Source of the DNA: Bdellovibrionales bacterium RIFOXYD12_FULL_39_22
GTDB taxonomy: Bacteria > Bdellovibrionota > Bacteriovoracia > Bacteriovoracales > Bacteriovoracaceae
Length of the DNA: 20,000 nucleotides
Direction of reading: 5' to 3'
Assembly: GCA_001770205.1 (NCBI GenBank)
Contig: MEQL01000056.1
Span: 55,426 to 75,425 of the forward strand
Both the position numbers and the translations under genes were made by a program. The notes under the pieces were generated by a model. The model was not told the origin of the DNA. It saw only the letters and a list, made by a program, of their open reading frames with translations, and made no database searches. This document shows positions 1-9,666 of this stretch, in pieces (position 1 is the first letter of the stretch; every line of letters begins with the position of its first letter).

Positions 1-2
1 TT

Positions 3-1253
3 ATTGCCTTTAGTGAAAAATTTGATGCACTAATGAAGAGGATTAGTTTTTTACAAGGCTATCTTTTTCCTGTCGATCACCTTAAGTGGCGCTTAGAACA
101 TGATCTTTACAAAGATAAAAACGATCTTGCATCTATTAAAAAGGCCAACGATCTTGCTTTTTATCGTCGGATTTTAGAGGACGGAGCACAAAATAAGGAC
201 AATACTCAAAGCGATTTAATGCTTAGGACTGCACTAAACACTCTGTTTTTGGAGGCCCAAAAAGAGCAGGATTTTATTTCAGAGGTGCTGCGTTCTGATT
301 TAATTTATATTTTAGATCAGATCGATATGATGCTACGGAAAGGACAAAAACAGTTGATTGAGCGCACACAGGAATGGGCCGATAGAACTGAGCGCAAATA
401 TAATTTTTATAAAACACTTTGTGAAAATAGTATGCAAAATGAAAAGCAATACCTAGGCCAACGCGCACAAGCGTTAATTGCTTTGCGTGATTTCGTGCTA
501 AATAAACAAGCAGACATTTATAAGTTTTGGATAAAACAAGAAGATTTGCTGATGAAGATATTTATTATCGAGACAATTTTATTTAATGAGGTTGGAAGAG
601 TAGATGGGGCAGATGCATTAGAACGTCGAGATATTGCAGAGGTGGTTATTAATCGCGCCAAAGATCCTATCTACTCAACCCTGGATAAGGATGATGATAT
701 ATTCTACTATCTAGATGATCACCTAAAGGGGATTGTGCAAAATTATCCCTGGGCAAATGTCCTTTTTAAAGAAGGAGAATTTTCGTTTACTTATTATTTT
801 ATAGCAGGAACGGTGAGGGTTTTTTGTCCTTCGATGAATCGTCAATCAACTAAATTGCGGCATGAAAATGTGAAAATTGCTCTGGACTCTATCTATAAGT
901 CAGAAAATAATTTTCCGGCCATTCGCTATTATTCTCGCGCTTCCATGGTCGGCAGAATTAGCATGGATAGTGTATGGAATACGTTTAAGCCTATTTCCGA
1001 ACGCCCTGGACTTTCGGTGGAGGCATCGCTTAATGAACGATTGCGCCAGCGATATGTTCAGGGTAACTATCACTACCTTTACCATTTTATAGATTCATTT
1101 GGACGGCCATACAAAGTGATCGAAATAGATGGACGCAACTATGTTCACCTGACGGGGCAATTGAATTTTTTTAAACATAGAAATCCCCACCTCTTTAAGT
1201 ATTTTCAAGTTGGGCCAAAACAAACCTCGAACATTTTGTTGAATACCCAGTAG
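3..1253 (+). CDS. 5'-truncated hypothetical protein with SleB/CwlJ (Hydrolase_2)-like cell-wall hydrolase domain
   Basis: The frame stays open upstream of ATG33 to the window edge (ATT GCC TTT AGT GAA...), so the true start is probably outside the window. The motif series ETILFNEVG...[11 protein letters not shown]...[13 protein letters not shown]...AIRYYS parallels SleB-type 'xxEARGE...AVAxVVLNR...VVxQxxQFS...ALYF'. Confidence 0.6.
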   Translation: MAFSEKFDALMKRISFLQGYLFPVDHLKWRLEHDLYKDKNDLASIKKANDLAFYRRILEDGAQNKDNTQSDLMLRTALNTLFLEAQKEQDFISEVLRSDLIYILDQIDMMLRKGQKQLIERTQEWADRTERKYNFYKTLCENSMQNEKQYLGQRAQALIALRDFVLNKQADIYKFWIKQEDLLMKIFIIETILFNEVGRVDGADALERRDIAEVVINRAKDPIYSTLDKDDDIFYYLDDHLKGIVQNYPWANVLFKEGEFSFTYYFIAGTVRVFCPSMNRQSTKLRHENVKIALDSIYKSENNFPAIRYYSRASMVGRISMDSVWNTFKPISERPGLSVEASLNERLRQRYVQGNYHYLYHFIDSFGRPYKVIEIDGRNYVHLTGQLNFFKHRNPHLFKYFQVGPKQTSNILLNTQ

Positions 1254-1267
1254 CGTTAATATATACT
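1239..1267 (+). promoter_or_regulatory. sigma70-type promoter for metK
   Basis: TTGAAT(1239-1244)-N17-TATACT(1262-1267). Confidence 0.55.
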
Positions 1268-1330
1268 CCTAATTCAGTCGATAGAAATAAATTCAAAAAA
1301 GCTAGTTATTTTTTAATTACGGAGATGGTT

Positions 1331-2494
1331 ATGAGCGGAGATTACATTTTTACATCAGAATCGGTAACAGAAGGTCATCCAGATAAAATTGCTGATCAAA
1401 TTTCAGATACAATTCTAGACGCCATGTTAAAGGAAGATGCAAATTCTCGTGTAGCGTGTGAAACTATGATGGCAACAGGTCTGGCCATCGTATCTGGGGA
1501 AATCCGCACCAAGTCATATGTCGACATTCAAAAAGTTATAAGGGAAAAAATTATTGATATTGGCTATGATCACTCGGATAAGGGTTTTGATGGGCATTCC
1601 TGTTCGGTACTTGTTTCTATTCATGAACAATCTTCTGATATCGCTCAAGGTGTTGATGAAGTCGGAGGAGAACATGAACAAGGTGCCGGAGATCAGGGAA
1701 TGATGTTTGGTTACGCTATCAAAGAAGCGGATAATTTTATGCCATACACCATAGATTTTTCACATAAATTAGCACAGCGACTATCTTATGTACGCAAAAA
1801 TAATATTATGCCGCTATTGCGTCCAGATGGAAAAACCCAAGTATCTGCTGTTTATGAAAATGACAAAATGAAGCGCATTGAGGCCATTGTAGTTTCTTCT
1901 CAACATGCATCAGAGATGACCCAGAAACAGATTCGAGAAGGGATTATGGAGACGGTTATTAAGGAGGTAGTACCTTCAAATTTGATTGATAATAAAACTA
2001 AAATTTTTATCAATCCAACGGGCCGTTTTGTTATTGGTGGGCCAATGGGAGATTGCGGATTAACCGGACGCAAAATTATTGTTGATACTTACGGTGGACA
2101 TGGAAGTCACGGAGGTGGAGCATTCTCTGGAAAAGATCCTTCCAAGGTGGATAGGTCAGCAGCATACGCCGCAAGACATGTAGCAAAAAATATTGTCGCC
2201 GCAGGCCTTGCTGATCGCGCATTAGTGCAGGTAGCTTATGCTATTGGGATAGCAGAGCCAGTATCTTTTATGGTGAATACTTTTGGTACGGAGAGATATC
2301 CTATTGCTAAGATTAATGCTGCCATTAATAAAGTATTTAATATGAAACCCAAAGCGATTATCACTAGACTAAACCTTTTGCGGCCAATTTATGCTGAAAC
2401 TGCGGCATATGGCCATTTTGGAAGAACATCAGAGCATGGCTTTACTTGGGAAAAATTAGATAAGGTAGAAGAATTAAAATCATTGATAAAATAG
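1331..2494 (+). CDS. metK: S-adenosylmethionine synthetase
   Basis: [30 protein letters not shown] and [16 protein letters not shown] signatures. RBS GGAG at 1321-1324 favours ATG1331 over ATG1325. Confidence 0.98.
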   Translation: MSGDYIFTSESVTEGHPDKIADQISDTILDAMLKEDANSRVACETMMATGLAIVSGEIRTKSYVDIQKVIREKIIDIGYDHSDKGFDGHSCSVLVSIHEQSSDIAQGVDEVGGEHEQGAGDQGMMFGYAIKEADNFMPYTIDFSHKLAQRLSYVRKNNIMPLLRPDGKTQVSAVYENDKMKRIEAIVVSSQHASEMTQKQIREGIMETVIKEVVPSNLIDNKTKIFINPTGRFVIGGPMGDCGLTGRKIIVDTYGGHGSHGGGAFSGKDPSKVDRSAAYAARHVAKNIVAAGLADRALVQVAYAIGIAEPVSFMVNTFGTERYPIAKINAAINKVFNMKPKAIITRLNLLRPIYAETAAYGHFGRTSEHGFTWEKLDKVEELKSLIK

Positions 2495-2495
2495 T

Positions 2496-2524
2496 TTTAC
2501 TGCACCTATGGCCATTGATACTAT
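2496..2524 (+). promoter_or_regulatory. sigma70-type extended -10 promoter for the small membrane protein gene
   Basis: TTTACT(2496-2501)-N17-TACTAT(2519-2524) with TG at 2516-2517. Predicted +1 lies at about 2531-2532. Confidence 0.5.
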
Positions 2525-2531
2525 TGTTTAG

Positions 2532-2762
2532 ATGGATGTTTTCTATTTCATATTAAGATATACACCTTTTTGGGCCGTACCCCTGGGACTGATAGGATTT
2601 GAATTTGCCTATGTTTATTGGCTTAAGTCCTATAAGAAGATGTCCCTGGCAAATGCCTTTGTCTGTTTTGTATGTATTCTTTTTTTGTCTTACTACTATT
2701 GGGCAGGGGGGCCAGATAAATCGATTAGCACCTTTAAGCACTTAATACGCTTAACCGAGTAG
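2532..2762 (+). CDS. small (76 aa) two-TM membrane protein, unknown function
   Basis: Fills the gap between metK and the regulator. Two hydrophobic segments are separated by a basic loop (KSYKK). Confidence 0.7.
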   Translation: MDVFYFILRYTPFWAVPLGLIGFEFAYVYWLKSYKKMSLANAFVCFVCILFLSYYYWAGGPDKSISTFKHLIRLTE

Positions 2763-2796
2763 TTTGCTACAGATTGATTTTGAAAGAATTTTCCTA

Positions 2797-2836
2797 GTGT
2801 CTAAAAATTGACACCCATCCAGTCATTAGCTAAAAT
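2797..2836 (+). promoter_or_regulatory. sigma70 promoter of the regulator gene, overlapped by an inverted repeat
   Basis: TTGACA(2808-2813)-N17-TAAAAT(2831-2836). The palindrome GTGTC-TAAAAATT-GACAC (2797-2814) covers the -35. Confidence 0.65.
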
Positions 2837-2898
2837 TTTAAATGTACTCTACCCTTTTTCTCAAATTAAAGGGAAATGAACTAAGCTGAGATGTATCG

Positions 2899-4455
2899 TT
2901 GAATGAGATAAATTTTATACATGACTCGTTTAAAAAAGAAAGCGCAAGTAAAGATAGTACTTGTGCGCTGCCAAAAATATATCTGGTAGACGATGATGTA
3001 GTTTTAGGAAAAGCAATTTTAAGATTTTTACAGAAAAAATTAAATTGTGATGTCATATTTTTTAAATCTCCCACTGAATTTTTAGAAGGAATTGGACACA
3101 TTCCTCCAGGTGAAACTTTTGTTTTGCTAACGGATATTGCTTTTGAAAATAGCGGAGCAGACGGGTTACTTCTTATTGATATTTTGCGCGAAAAAAATTA
3201 CTCCTTTTTAAGTATAGTGATGACCGGTTTTGCCTCCGTAAAAACTGCTATTCAGGCCACCAAAAAAGGTGTGTTACATTATTTAACCAAACCCTTTGAT
3301 TTAGATAACTTGGTAGATATCTTAGTTCAATCTATTAATTCAAAATTGGAATTTTCCCGGGAACAATTGATCGCCTTGGGCCAAAATGGGACAGAGAAAA
3401 ATGGTGGAGGCAACAGGCCAAGTTTTATTCATCGAAAGTTTGAAGTTGAAGCACCAAGTAAGGAAGATTGTTTTGAAAAGATGATTGGCCGTTCTCCTAA
3501 AATGAAAGAGGTTTTTGAACGCATAAAAAAAATTGCGAATTCTGATTCTACAGTTTTGATCACAGGTGAATCTGGTACTGGCAAGGAACTAGTTGCTCGA
3601 GCAATCCATTCGTTATCGTCCAAAGGCCAGCAGCGAATGGTGGCAGTGAATTGTAGTGCTATTCCGAGCGAGCTTTTAGAAAGTGAACTTTTTGGGCACA
3701 CTAAAGGTTCGTTCACTGGGGCGATTTCAAATAGGATTGGGCGATTTGAGTTGGCGAATAATAGTTCAGTTTTTCTAGATGAAATTGGTGACATGCCACT
3801 TTTATTACAAGTAAAAATTTTGCGCGCCATTCAGAATCGGGAAATTGAACCAGTCGGCTCGTCGGCCACTGTTAGTTTTAATGCTCGAATTATTACTGCT
3901 ACTCATAAAAATCTTGAACAGGCGGTTGCTGCCGGCGATTTTCGAGAGGATTTGTATTATAGGCTTAACGTTATACCACTAAAAATTCCTCCTCTACGCG
4001 AGAGGCGTGAAGATATTCCGCTGCTTGTTTCTTTTTTCCTTTCTAAGTTTGTAAGTGCAGATGGACGGAATAAAATCGAATTTACGGAAGATGCCCTGTC
4101 AACTTTGATTGGCCACAACTGGCCTGGAAATGTACGAGAGTTAGAAAATTTGATTGAAAGACTGGTTATTTTAAAAGGCGGAAGCGTTGTTAAAATCTCT
4201 GATTTACCTGCTAAATTTTTTCAATCGCGGCCGGAAACGGCCATCACTTACAAGAGTATTGTACAACTACCAAATGAAGGGTTGGATCTCAAAGATATCT
4301 TATCTGAAATCGAGGACTCCCTGATTTTGCAAGCTCTAGATCGAACGAATGGAAATAAAAATCAGGCATCGAAGCTTTTGCGCTTAAATCGAACGACCTT
4401 GATCGAAAAGATGAAAAAAAAGAATTTAGGAGGGGAGGATCTTCTAACTGAGTAA
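2899..4455 (+). CDS. sigma54-dependent two-component response regulator (REC-AAA+-Fis HTH, NtrC family)
   Basis: Receiver: LVDDD, LLTDI, MTG, TKPF. AAA+: GESGTGKE, ESELFGHTKGSFTGA, FLDEIGD, FREDLYYRLNV, WPGNVRELEN. C-terminal HTH: GNKNQASKLLRLNRTTLIEK. The TTG start is uncertain. Confidence 0.95.
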   Translation: MNEINFIHDSFKKESASKDSTCALPKIYLVDDDVVLGKAILRFLQKKLNCDVIFFKSPTEFLEGIGHIPPGETFVLLTDIAFENSGADGLLLIDILREKNYSFLSIVMTGFASVKTAIQATKKGVLHYLTKPFDLDNLVDILVQSINSKLEFSREQLIALGQNGTEKNGGGNRPSFIHRKFEVEAPSKEDCFEKMIGRSPKMKEVFERIKKIANSDSTVLITGESGTGKELVARAIHSLSSKGQQRMVAVNCSAIPSELLESELFGHTKGSFTGAISNRIGRFELANNSSVFLDEIGDMPLLLQVKILRAIQNREIEPVGSSATVSFNARIITATHKNLEQAVAAGDFREDLYYRLNVIPLKIPPLRERREDIPLLVSFFLSKFVSADGRNKIEFTEDALSTLIGHNWPGNVRELENLIERLVILKGGSVVKISDLPAKFFQSRPETAITYKSIVQLPNEGLDLKDILSEIEDSLILQALDRTNGNKNQASKLLRLNRTTLIEKMKKKNLGGEDLLTE

Positions 4456-4494
4456 TTTTAGGAGATAGTAAAAATAGTCCATCAGATAAACAGC

Positions 4495-4523
4495 TTGTAT
4501 AAAAATTTATTGCCCGGTAGAAT
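4495..4523 (+). promoter_or_regulatory. sigma70-type promoter for the spoIID-like/amidase pair
   Basis: TTGTAT(4495-4500)-N17-TAGAAT(4518-4523). Confidence 0.5.
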
Positions 4524-4595
4524 ATAGTGGAAGGTTAGCAATACGCATGAGGCGTATTTTGGTTTCGAGACAGATCCAAGGATTGGAGTAGTTGT

Positions 4596-5798
4596 TTGAA
4601 ACTCTTTTTGTTTTTATTTGTGGCAATTATTTACGGACAGATTTTTTTTCCGATCGCTTTTTCAGCGACTCCTTCCAAGTTTTTATATAAGGCCTCTAAA
4701 ATTCCAATCATAAAAGTTATGGTAGGGAAAAATTTAAAAGACGTTGAGATTATAGGCACTGATATTACAAGAAAAAATTACTTAAAAAAAACATTATCAA
4801 ATTTTGATGGACGTAAAAAAGTTTATTATAGCTGCAGCAAGTATTTAGGAAAAGAGTCCTATCGCTCGGAATCGATATTATTGGCATCGCTAAAATCAAA
4901 AACAGGCCTATTATCGTTTGATAATAAAAAATATAGCGGAAATCTCATTGTATCATTGGGGCCCAAGGAACAGCGCTGTGATCTAATTAATGAGCTGTCG
5001 TTAGAAGAATATATTTCATTATTGCTCCCCAAGGAAATGAATGGAGCATGGCCAGTGGAGGCACTTAAGGCACAGGCAGTAGCGGCCAGGACGTATGCTC
5101 TTTATAAGATGGGGCAGAGAAAAAGTGCTGCCTCTGAAGATGCTTTGTTTGATCTTGAAAATTCTGAAAAAGATCAGGTCAATGGAACGTTTTTTGATCT
5201 TACCCCCAATGCTCTGGCCGCGGCCAAACAGACGGAGGGAGAGATATTAAAAACGGATGATAGCGAAGATATTACCCCTATATTTTTTCATGCTAAATGC
5301 GGAGGAAAGACAATTTTACCAGGACAAGTTTGGGGAAATGAGGTTCCTGGATATGTTGGTGTTGAGTGTAAAAACTGTGAAAAACATGCTGATCCATATT
5401 GGACTTCAAAAATAGAAAAAATAAGGATGATTAAATTTTTTCGATGGTTAATTAAGCAAGAATTGATTCCGGAAGTCGATCTATCGTCGATGGACAAAGA
5501 ACAATTTATGTTAGCGCCAGATAGATATAAAAATAACAGCTTCAGAATCTATTTGGGTGATAGTGTTTTTGTATTATCTAAAACATGGCCTCGGCGTTAT
5601 TTTGGTAGAGTTATTTTCCCTTCTAATAACTATTATATCAAATATGATACAGAAGAATTTTTGATCACGGGAAGAGGAAATGGCCACGGAGTGGGAATGT
5701 GTCAATTGGGGGCATTGGATATGGCGCAAAAAGGAATGGATTACAAAAAAATTCTTGCCAAATATTTCCCTCACCATAAACTTGTAAAATTATATTAA
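4596..5798 (+). CDS. SpoIID/LytB-domain lytic transglycosylase, secreted
   Basis: Signal peptide; INELSLEEYI...KEMNGAWPVEALKAQAVAARTYA; GRGNGHGVGMCQLGA...ILAKYFP. RBS GGAG at 4585-4588 precedes the TTG start. Confidence 0.93.
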   Translation: MKLFLFLFVAIIYGQIFFPIAFSATPSKFLYKASKIPIIKVMVGKNLKDVEIIGTDITRKNYLKKTLSNFDGRKKVYYSCSKYLGKESYRSESILLASLKSKTGLLSFDNKKYSGNLIVSLGPKEQRCDLINELSLEEYISLLLPKEMNGAWPVEALKAQAVAARTYALYKMGQRKSAASEDALFDLENSEKDQVNGTFFDLTPNALAAAKQTEGEILKTDDSEDITPIFFHAKCGGKTILPGQVWGNEVPGYVGVECKNCEKHADPYWTSKIEKIRMIKFFRWLIKQELIPEVDLSSMDKEQFMLAPDRYKNNSFRIYLGDSVFVLSKTWPRRYFGRVIFPSNNYYIKYDTEEFLITGRGNGHGVGMCQLGALDMAQKGMDYKKILAKYFPHHKLVKLY

Positions 5799-6601
5799 TG
5801 GTATTTCATAAAATGATTTTAACTAAGCTGTTCAATATTGTTATTTTACTTTTGGTTTTTGCCAAGCAGATTCGTGCCGACGAATATACTGTATTAATTG
5901 ATCCAGGCCACGGCGGTGAGGATAATGGCGCTACTGCCATAGTGGGCGAAAGGGTTATTAATAAAAAAAAATTTGCTGATTATGTATTTGAAAAAAATTT
6001 CACACTGGAAATATCGCAATTAGTACAAGCGAAGCTTAAGGACAAAAAATACAAGGCTTATTTGACTCGTAGCTTTGATCGGACGGTCACGCTTCAAGAG
6101 CGGGCGGCGATGGCCGAAAAATTGAATCCAGATCTTATAATTTCCATACATATTAATTCTAGCGAAAGTAAGGCATCTCACGGAATTGAAACCTATTATC
6201 TTGATAACCATAGTGATTTGGTAGTGAAAAAAGTCGAAGAAATTGAAAATAAAAATCTTACAGGGGAAGATCTTGTTGTTCAGCAGATCATCATTGATTT
6301 GGTTATTGAGCGCACTGGAAAAAGCTCTCAACGTTTATCCAATTTTGTTCATAATGAAATTATTAAAAAAATTGGCAGAAATTACAAAATGACAGATAGG
6401 GGTGCCCGTCCAGGATTATTTTATGTCTTGGCGTTATCTAAACGTCCAGGAATTTTACTTGAGGCCGGATTTATGTCTAATCCAGAAGAGTTGGCCAAGA
6501 TGAGTTCAAAAAAATTTAAAGATGATTATGCGAACGCTATTGTGGCCGGAATCGATCGTTATTTTTTCGGTGGGCCAAGCAGCTCACTGCCATTGCTTTG
6601 A
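5798..6601 (+). CDS. N-acetylmuramoyl-L-alanine amidase (Amidase_3)
   Basis: Zn ligands and catalytic residue: IDPGHGG, EK, ISIHIN, LLEAGFMSN. N-terminal signal peptide. Overlaps the upstream gene at TAATG. Confidence 0.95.
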   Translation: MVFHKMILTKLFNIVILLLVFAKQIRADEYTVLIDPGHGGEDNGATAIVGERVINKKKFADYVFEKNFTLEISQLVQAKLKDKKYKAYLTRSFDRTVTLQERAAMAEKLNPDLIISIHINSSESKASHGIETYYLDNHSDLVVKKVEEIENKNLTGEDLVVQQIIIDLVIERTGKSSQRLSNFVHNEIIKKIGRNYKMTDRGARPGLFYVLALSKRPGILLEAGFMSNPEELAKMSSKKFKDDYANAIVAGIDRYFFGGPSSSLPLL

Positions 6602-6637
6602 TTATTACCAAAACAGCAGGAATTCACAGACGCTAAT

Positions 6638-7222
6638 TTAAGGAATTCTAAAAAAGGTTGTGATGGCCTGGCCTTGAGGATAATAAATACTACCCGAGTT
6701 GTATTGATCGGCCAGTAAGATTGTATCTTGGGCAGCGTCTACGCTGCTGAAGCTTTTTGTTGTATGACTATACAAAACTATGCCATAGGGAGCGGTAAAT
6801 TGGCTGTAGTGTCTTCCCGGTTTAAGTAGTACTCCGTAGGAACACATGGATAGGATTACGTTGTAACCGTTAGATTGTCTGGTAACAATCATTAGATCAT
6901 TAAACACGCTCATGCCAACGTATGTTTGCGCAACAGTTCCACTTAAGCGTCCAGCGATAAAAGGCCCCATGATGGTAGTATCGCTAGCAACAGAACTTGT
7001 ATAAAAAGGGATATCAAACCTTGAACCACCTTGACATGGGTAGCGAGTTTTAAGTTGGTTGATGTCGGCACTAACGGTAGCATTGGTGCCATAAGTAGTT
7101 CCATTTGTCACTGCATCGCGAGTGGAGGTGGCCGTAGAGGCCGTATTATTTTCTCCGCCACAGGAGAAAAGGCCAAGCAGCATAATCAAAGTTATGATCA
7201 TTTTAAACAGAAGGTGCTTCAT
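6638..7222 (-). CDS. putative lipoprotein, unknown function
   Basis: MKH start, hydrophobic core and LFSC lipobox, followed by a Thr/Asn-rich linker. RBS AAGGAG upstream. Confidence 0.85.
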   Translation of the reverse strand: MKHLLFKMIITLIMLLGLFSCGGENNTASTATSTRDAVTNGTTYGTNATVSADINQLKTRYPCQGGSRFDIPFYTSSVASDTTIMGPFIAGRLSGTVAQTYVGMSVFNDLMIVTRQSNGYNVILSMCSYGVLLKPGRHYSQFTAPYGIVLYSHTTKSFSSVDAAQDTILLADQYNSGSIYYPQGQAITTFFRIP

Positions 7223-7457
7223 ACAGATCTCCTTAAAAGTGCCATATTTTTTTCATTTTATTGGCATTACTGCACAGTCGACACTTTCTAGTTTGCCTTT
7301 TTTTGCCGATACAAGCGGCCGGCAACTGTCAACTTCTCGGTAAAAAGTAACGAAATGTTTAGGAGTGTAAAAAAATATTATAATAATGAGGTAAATATTC
7401 CCGAAAGTATCCAATAATGCTGCCTGAAAACAGATAAGCCATTGAATTGATTTGTAC

Positions 7458-9494
7458 TCATTTGGCCGGGACTAGTGCCTTTATAAAGCTATCTAAACCA
7501 TCTCCTTGCAGCTCGCATTTAGATTGCCCACAAATTTGCCAACGATCTCCTTCTTTGTTTTCATGATAATTAAAGACAAAGCGAGGTAGAAAATAAGTTA
7601 AAAAATTCAAAAAAGTTTCTTGTTTTAACCATGTTTTTGGAATGGATAAAACTTTGAAGGCATCATCAGGATAGGTGAAGGTGCGCAAGGCCTCTCCAGA
7701 GTTGAGAGGGTTTTTTAAACAGGCATGGGTTGTGCGTTCGAAGAGGGACTCAGATTGAGATGTCAATTCTGGGGCATTAAAAAGGAGAGCACTTTTTCTG
7801 GCCAAGAAAAGTAGGACCGATAATGGGGAGCGGTATGAATTATCAAAAGAGTGTAAGCGTTGATTAGGATAATTTTCATGGCCGCTAAGCTCAACTGGCC
7901 GAGTAAAGCAATTATCTTCTGCTAAGTATTTGTTCAGGATATGTTTTATGATACTGAATACTCGTGATTTATATTGGTCCTCACCAGTTAACTCATAGGC
8001 CCGTAGCTGATAATCTGCATAGAAGATATAATCTTCCACATAGGGAATTCCGCGTTCGATAGTGGTGACGTGGTTTATTGTCTCTCCATTTACCAAAAAA
8101 TTATTATCGAGCTTATCTGCTGCTTGGTCAAAAATAGTTCGGGCCATTTTTTTTATTGCATCAATTTTACAATATTGAATGACATCACAAAGTGCCGACA
8201 TGATAAGGAAATTATGCCCAGCAACTCCTTTCGTATCTGTTTTGGGAGGGAGTCGTCCTTTTCTGGCATGGGCCAGGGCCTGACGTGTTTTGCGAACCAG
8301 TGTCCAGCCGTCTGCAGTAAAAAATTCCTCTCGATGCTTCCAATCCAGACTTATAATATTTAATTTGGAATGGAAGTTTCCTTTTTCAGAAATTTTATGC
8401 CAACGCTTAATTTTTTCCATATTTTTATTCAAAAAATCCTCTTGATTGTCGGGAGAATTATTCATAGCATCTTCAAATTCTTCTTCCGAAAAAGTAAAGT
8501 ATAGGCCTTCAATTCCTTCAGAGTCGGCACTTTGATTGCTGAAAAAATAACCGCGATCTTCATCAAACATTTCGTTTTGCAGATAATCTAGAGTGTTAAT
8601 CAGAGCATCGTAGACTAAAGGGGAGGGGAAAATCAGACTAATTTTTGAGAGCAATCGTAATAGCCCGGCCTGATCATAAAGCATTTTTTCAAAGTGAGGA
8701 ATTTGCCATGCTGCATCGGTAGTGTAACGATGAATTCCCCCCCGCGCATGATCATAGATGCCGCCCATTAACATCGTTTCCACTGTTTTAACGATATGAA
8801 CCCCGTGGGTTTTATCGATTATTCCCTCTAAAATTTGCTCCACGGCCCATTCATAAAAAGCAAAATTAGGAAACTTGGGGGCCATTCCATAACCACCATT
8901 GGTCTCATCTTGGAATTTTTTTATGGCATCCATGATGGCCATTGGAGAGGGAAAGTGGCCTTTAAAATCAACTTTTTCTTCTGGTTGATACCCTTCATTA
9001 GTTATTGCTTCAAAGACCTTTTGAGCGTTCTCCAAAACTTTTGGATGATCTCCTTTATATACGCGTAAAATCTCGGCCAACAATTCACCAAAAGTAGTTT
9101 CCTTTTGTTTGGCGATTGCTGGGAAGTAGGTTCCCACAAAAAAGGGGCGCATATCAGGAAGCAAAAAAGCAGAAAGTGGCCACCCGGTGTTGTGTGAGTA
9201 GAGATGGCAGGCCTTTTGGTAGTAATTATCAATTTCCGGATATTCTTCCCGATCAATTTTTATTGCTACAAAATGTTTATTAATGATCTCGGCAATCTCT
9301 TGATCGGCAAATGATTCTGTGGCCATGACGTGGCACCAATGACACGCCGAGTAGCCGATAGATAAAAAGATGGGAAGTTTATCATCCTGAGCTTTTTGCA
9401 GTGCTTCTGGGCCATATGGCCACCAATGTATGGGGTTATCTGCATGCTGGCGCAAATAGAGTGATTTTTCATGCTTAAGTCGATTGTGTCCCAT
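7458..9494 (-). CDS. thioredoxin-domain protein, YyaL/SSP411 (DUF255) family
   Basis: NRLKHEKSLYLRQHADNPIHW, SIGYSACHWCHVM, GWPLS, PKFP, PHFEKMLYDQA. Start placed at ATG9494 (RBS GGGAG) rather than the ORF start at 9650. Confidence 0.92.
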   Translation of the reverse strand: MGHNRLKHEKSLYLRQHADNPIHWWPYGPEALQKAQDDKLPIFLSIGYSACHWCHVMATESFADQEIAEIINKHFVAIKIDREEYPEIDNYYQKACHLYSHNTGWPLSAFLLPDMRPFFVGTYFPAIAKQKETTFGELLAEILRVYKGDHPKVLENAQKVFEAITNEGYQPEEKVDFKGHFPSPMAIMDAIKKFQDETNGGYGMAPKFPNFAFYEWAVEQILEGIIDKTHGVHIVKTVETMLMGGIYDHARGGIHRYTTDAAWQIPHFEKMLYDQAGLLRLLSKISLIFPSPLVYDALINTLDYLQNEMFDEDRGYFFSNQSADSEGIEGLYFTFSEEEFEDAMNNSPDNQEDFLNKNMEKIKRWHKISEKGNFHSKLNIISLDWKHREEFFTADGWTLVRKTRQALAHARKGRLPPKTDTKGVAGHNFLIMSALCDVIQYCKIDAIKKMARTIFDQAADKLDNNFLVNGETINHVTTIERGIPYVEDYIFYADYQLRAYELTGEDQYKSRVFSIIKHILNKYLAEDNCFTRPVELSGHENYPNQRLHSFDNSYRSPLSVLLFLARKSALLFNAPELTSQSESLFERTTHACLKNPLNSGEALRTFTYPDDAFKVLSIPKTWLKQETFLNFLTYFLPRFVFNYHENKEGDRWQICGQSKCELQGDGLDSFIKALVPAK

Positions 9495-9666
9495 ATATTT
9501 CTCCCAAATTATGAAGATTGGCCTTTTTAGCATAATGCACAACAGAAATTGCGTCCAGGGAAAGAAAATTGCTGCATGCGTTAACAGATGGAAATTATGC
9601 ATAAATGTTATTTTATGTAAATTATAGGGTTTACATGGACCGGATCTCATTATAGAGATTGCCCCA

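Noticed and set aside
1254..1330. SAM riboswitch upstream of metK
   Set aside because: The predicted leader is only about 55 nt and AT-rich, with no SAM aptamer motif.
3400..4200. FleQ-type c-di-GMP binding by the regulator, which would link it to the riboswitch
   Set aside because: The FleQ LFR and RN motifs are not evident (ARAIH here), and the receiver looks like a normal phospho-acceptor.
7225..7275. sigma54 -24 elements (TGGCAC on -, TGGCAT on +)
   Set aside because: Neither has the -12 GC at the required GG-N10-GC spacing.
7287..7312. sigma28-like promoter TCTAGTTT-N10-GCCGATAC on the + strand
   Set aside because: The spacer is one base short of consensus and it points at no sense gene. 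An antisense transcript cannot be excluded.
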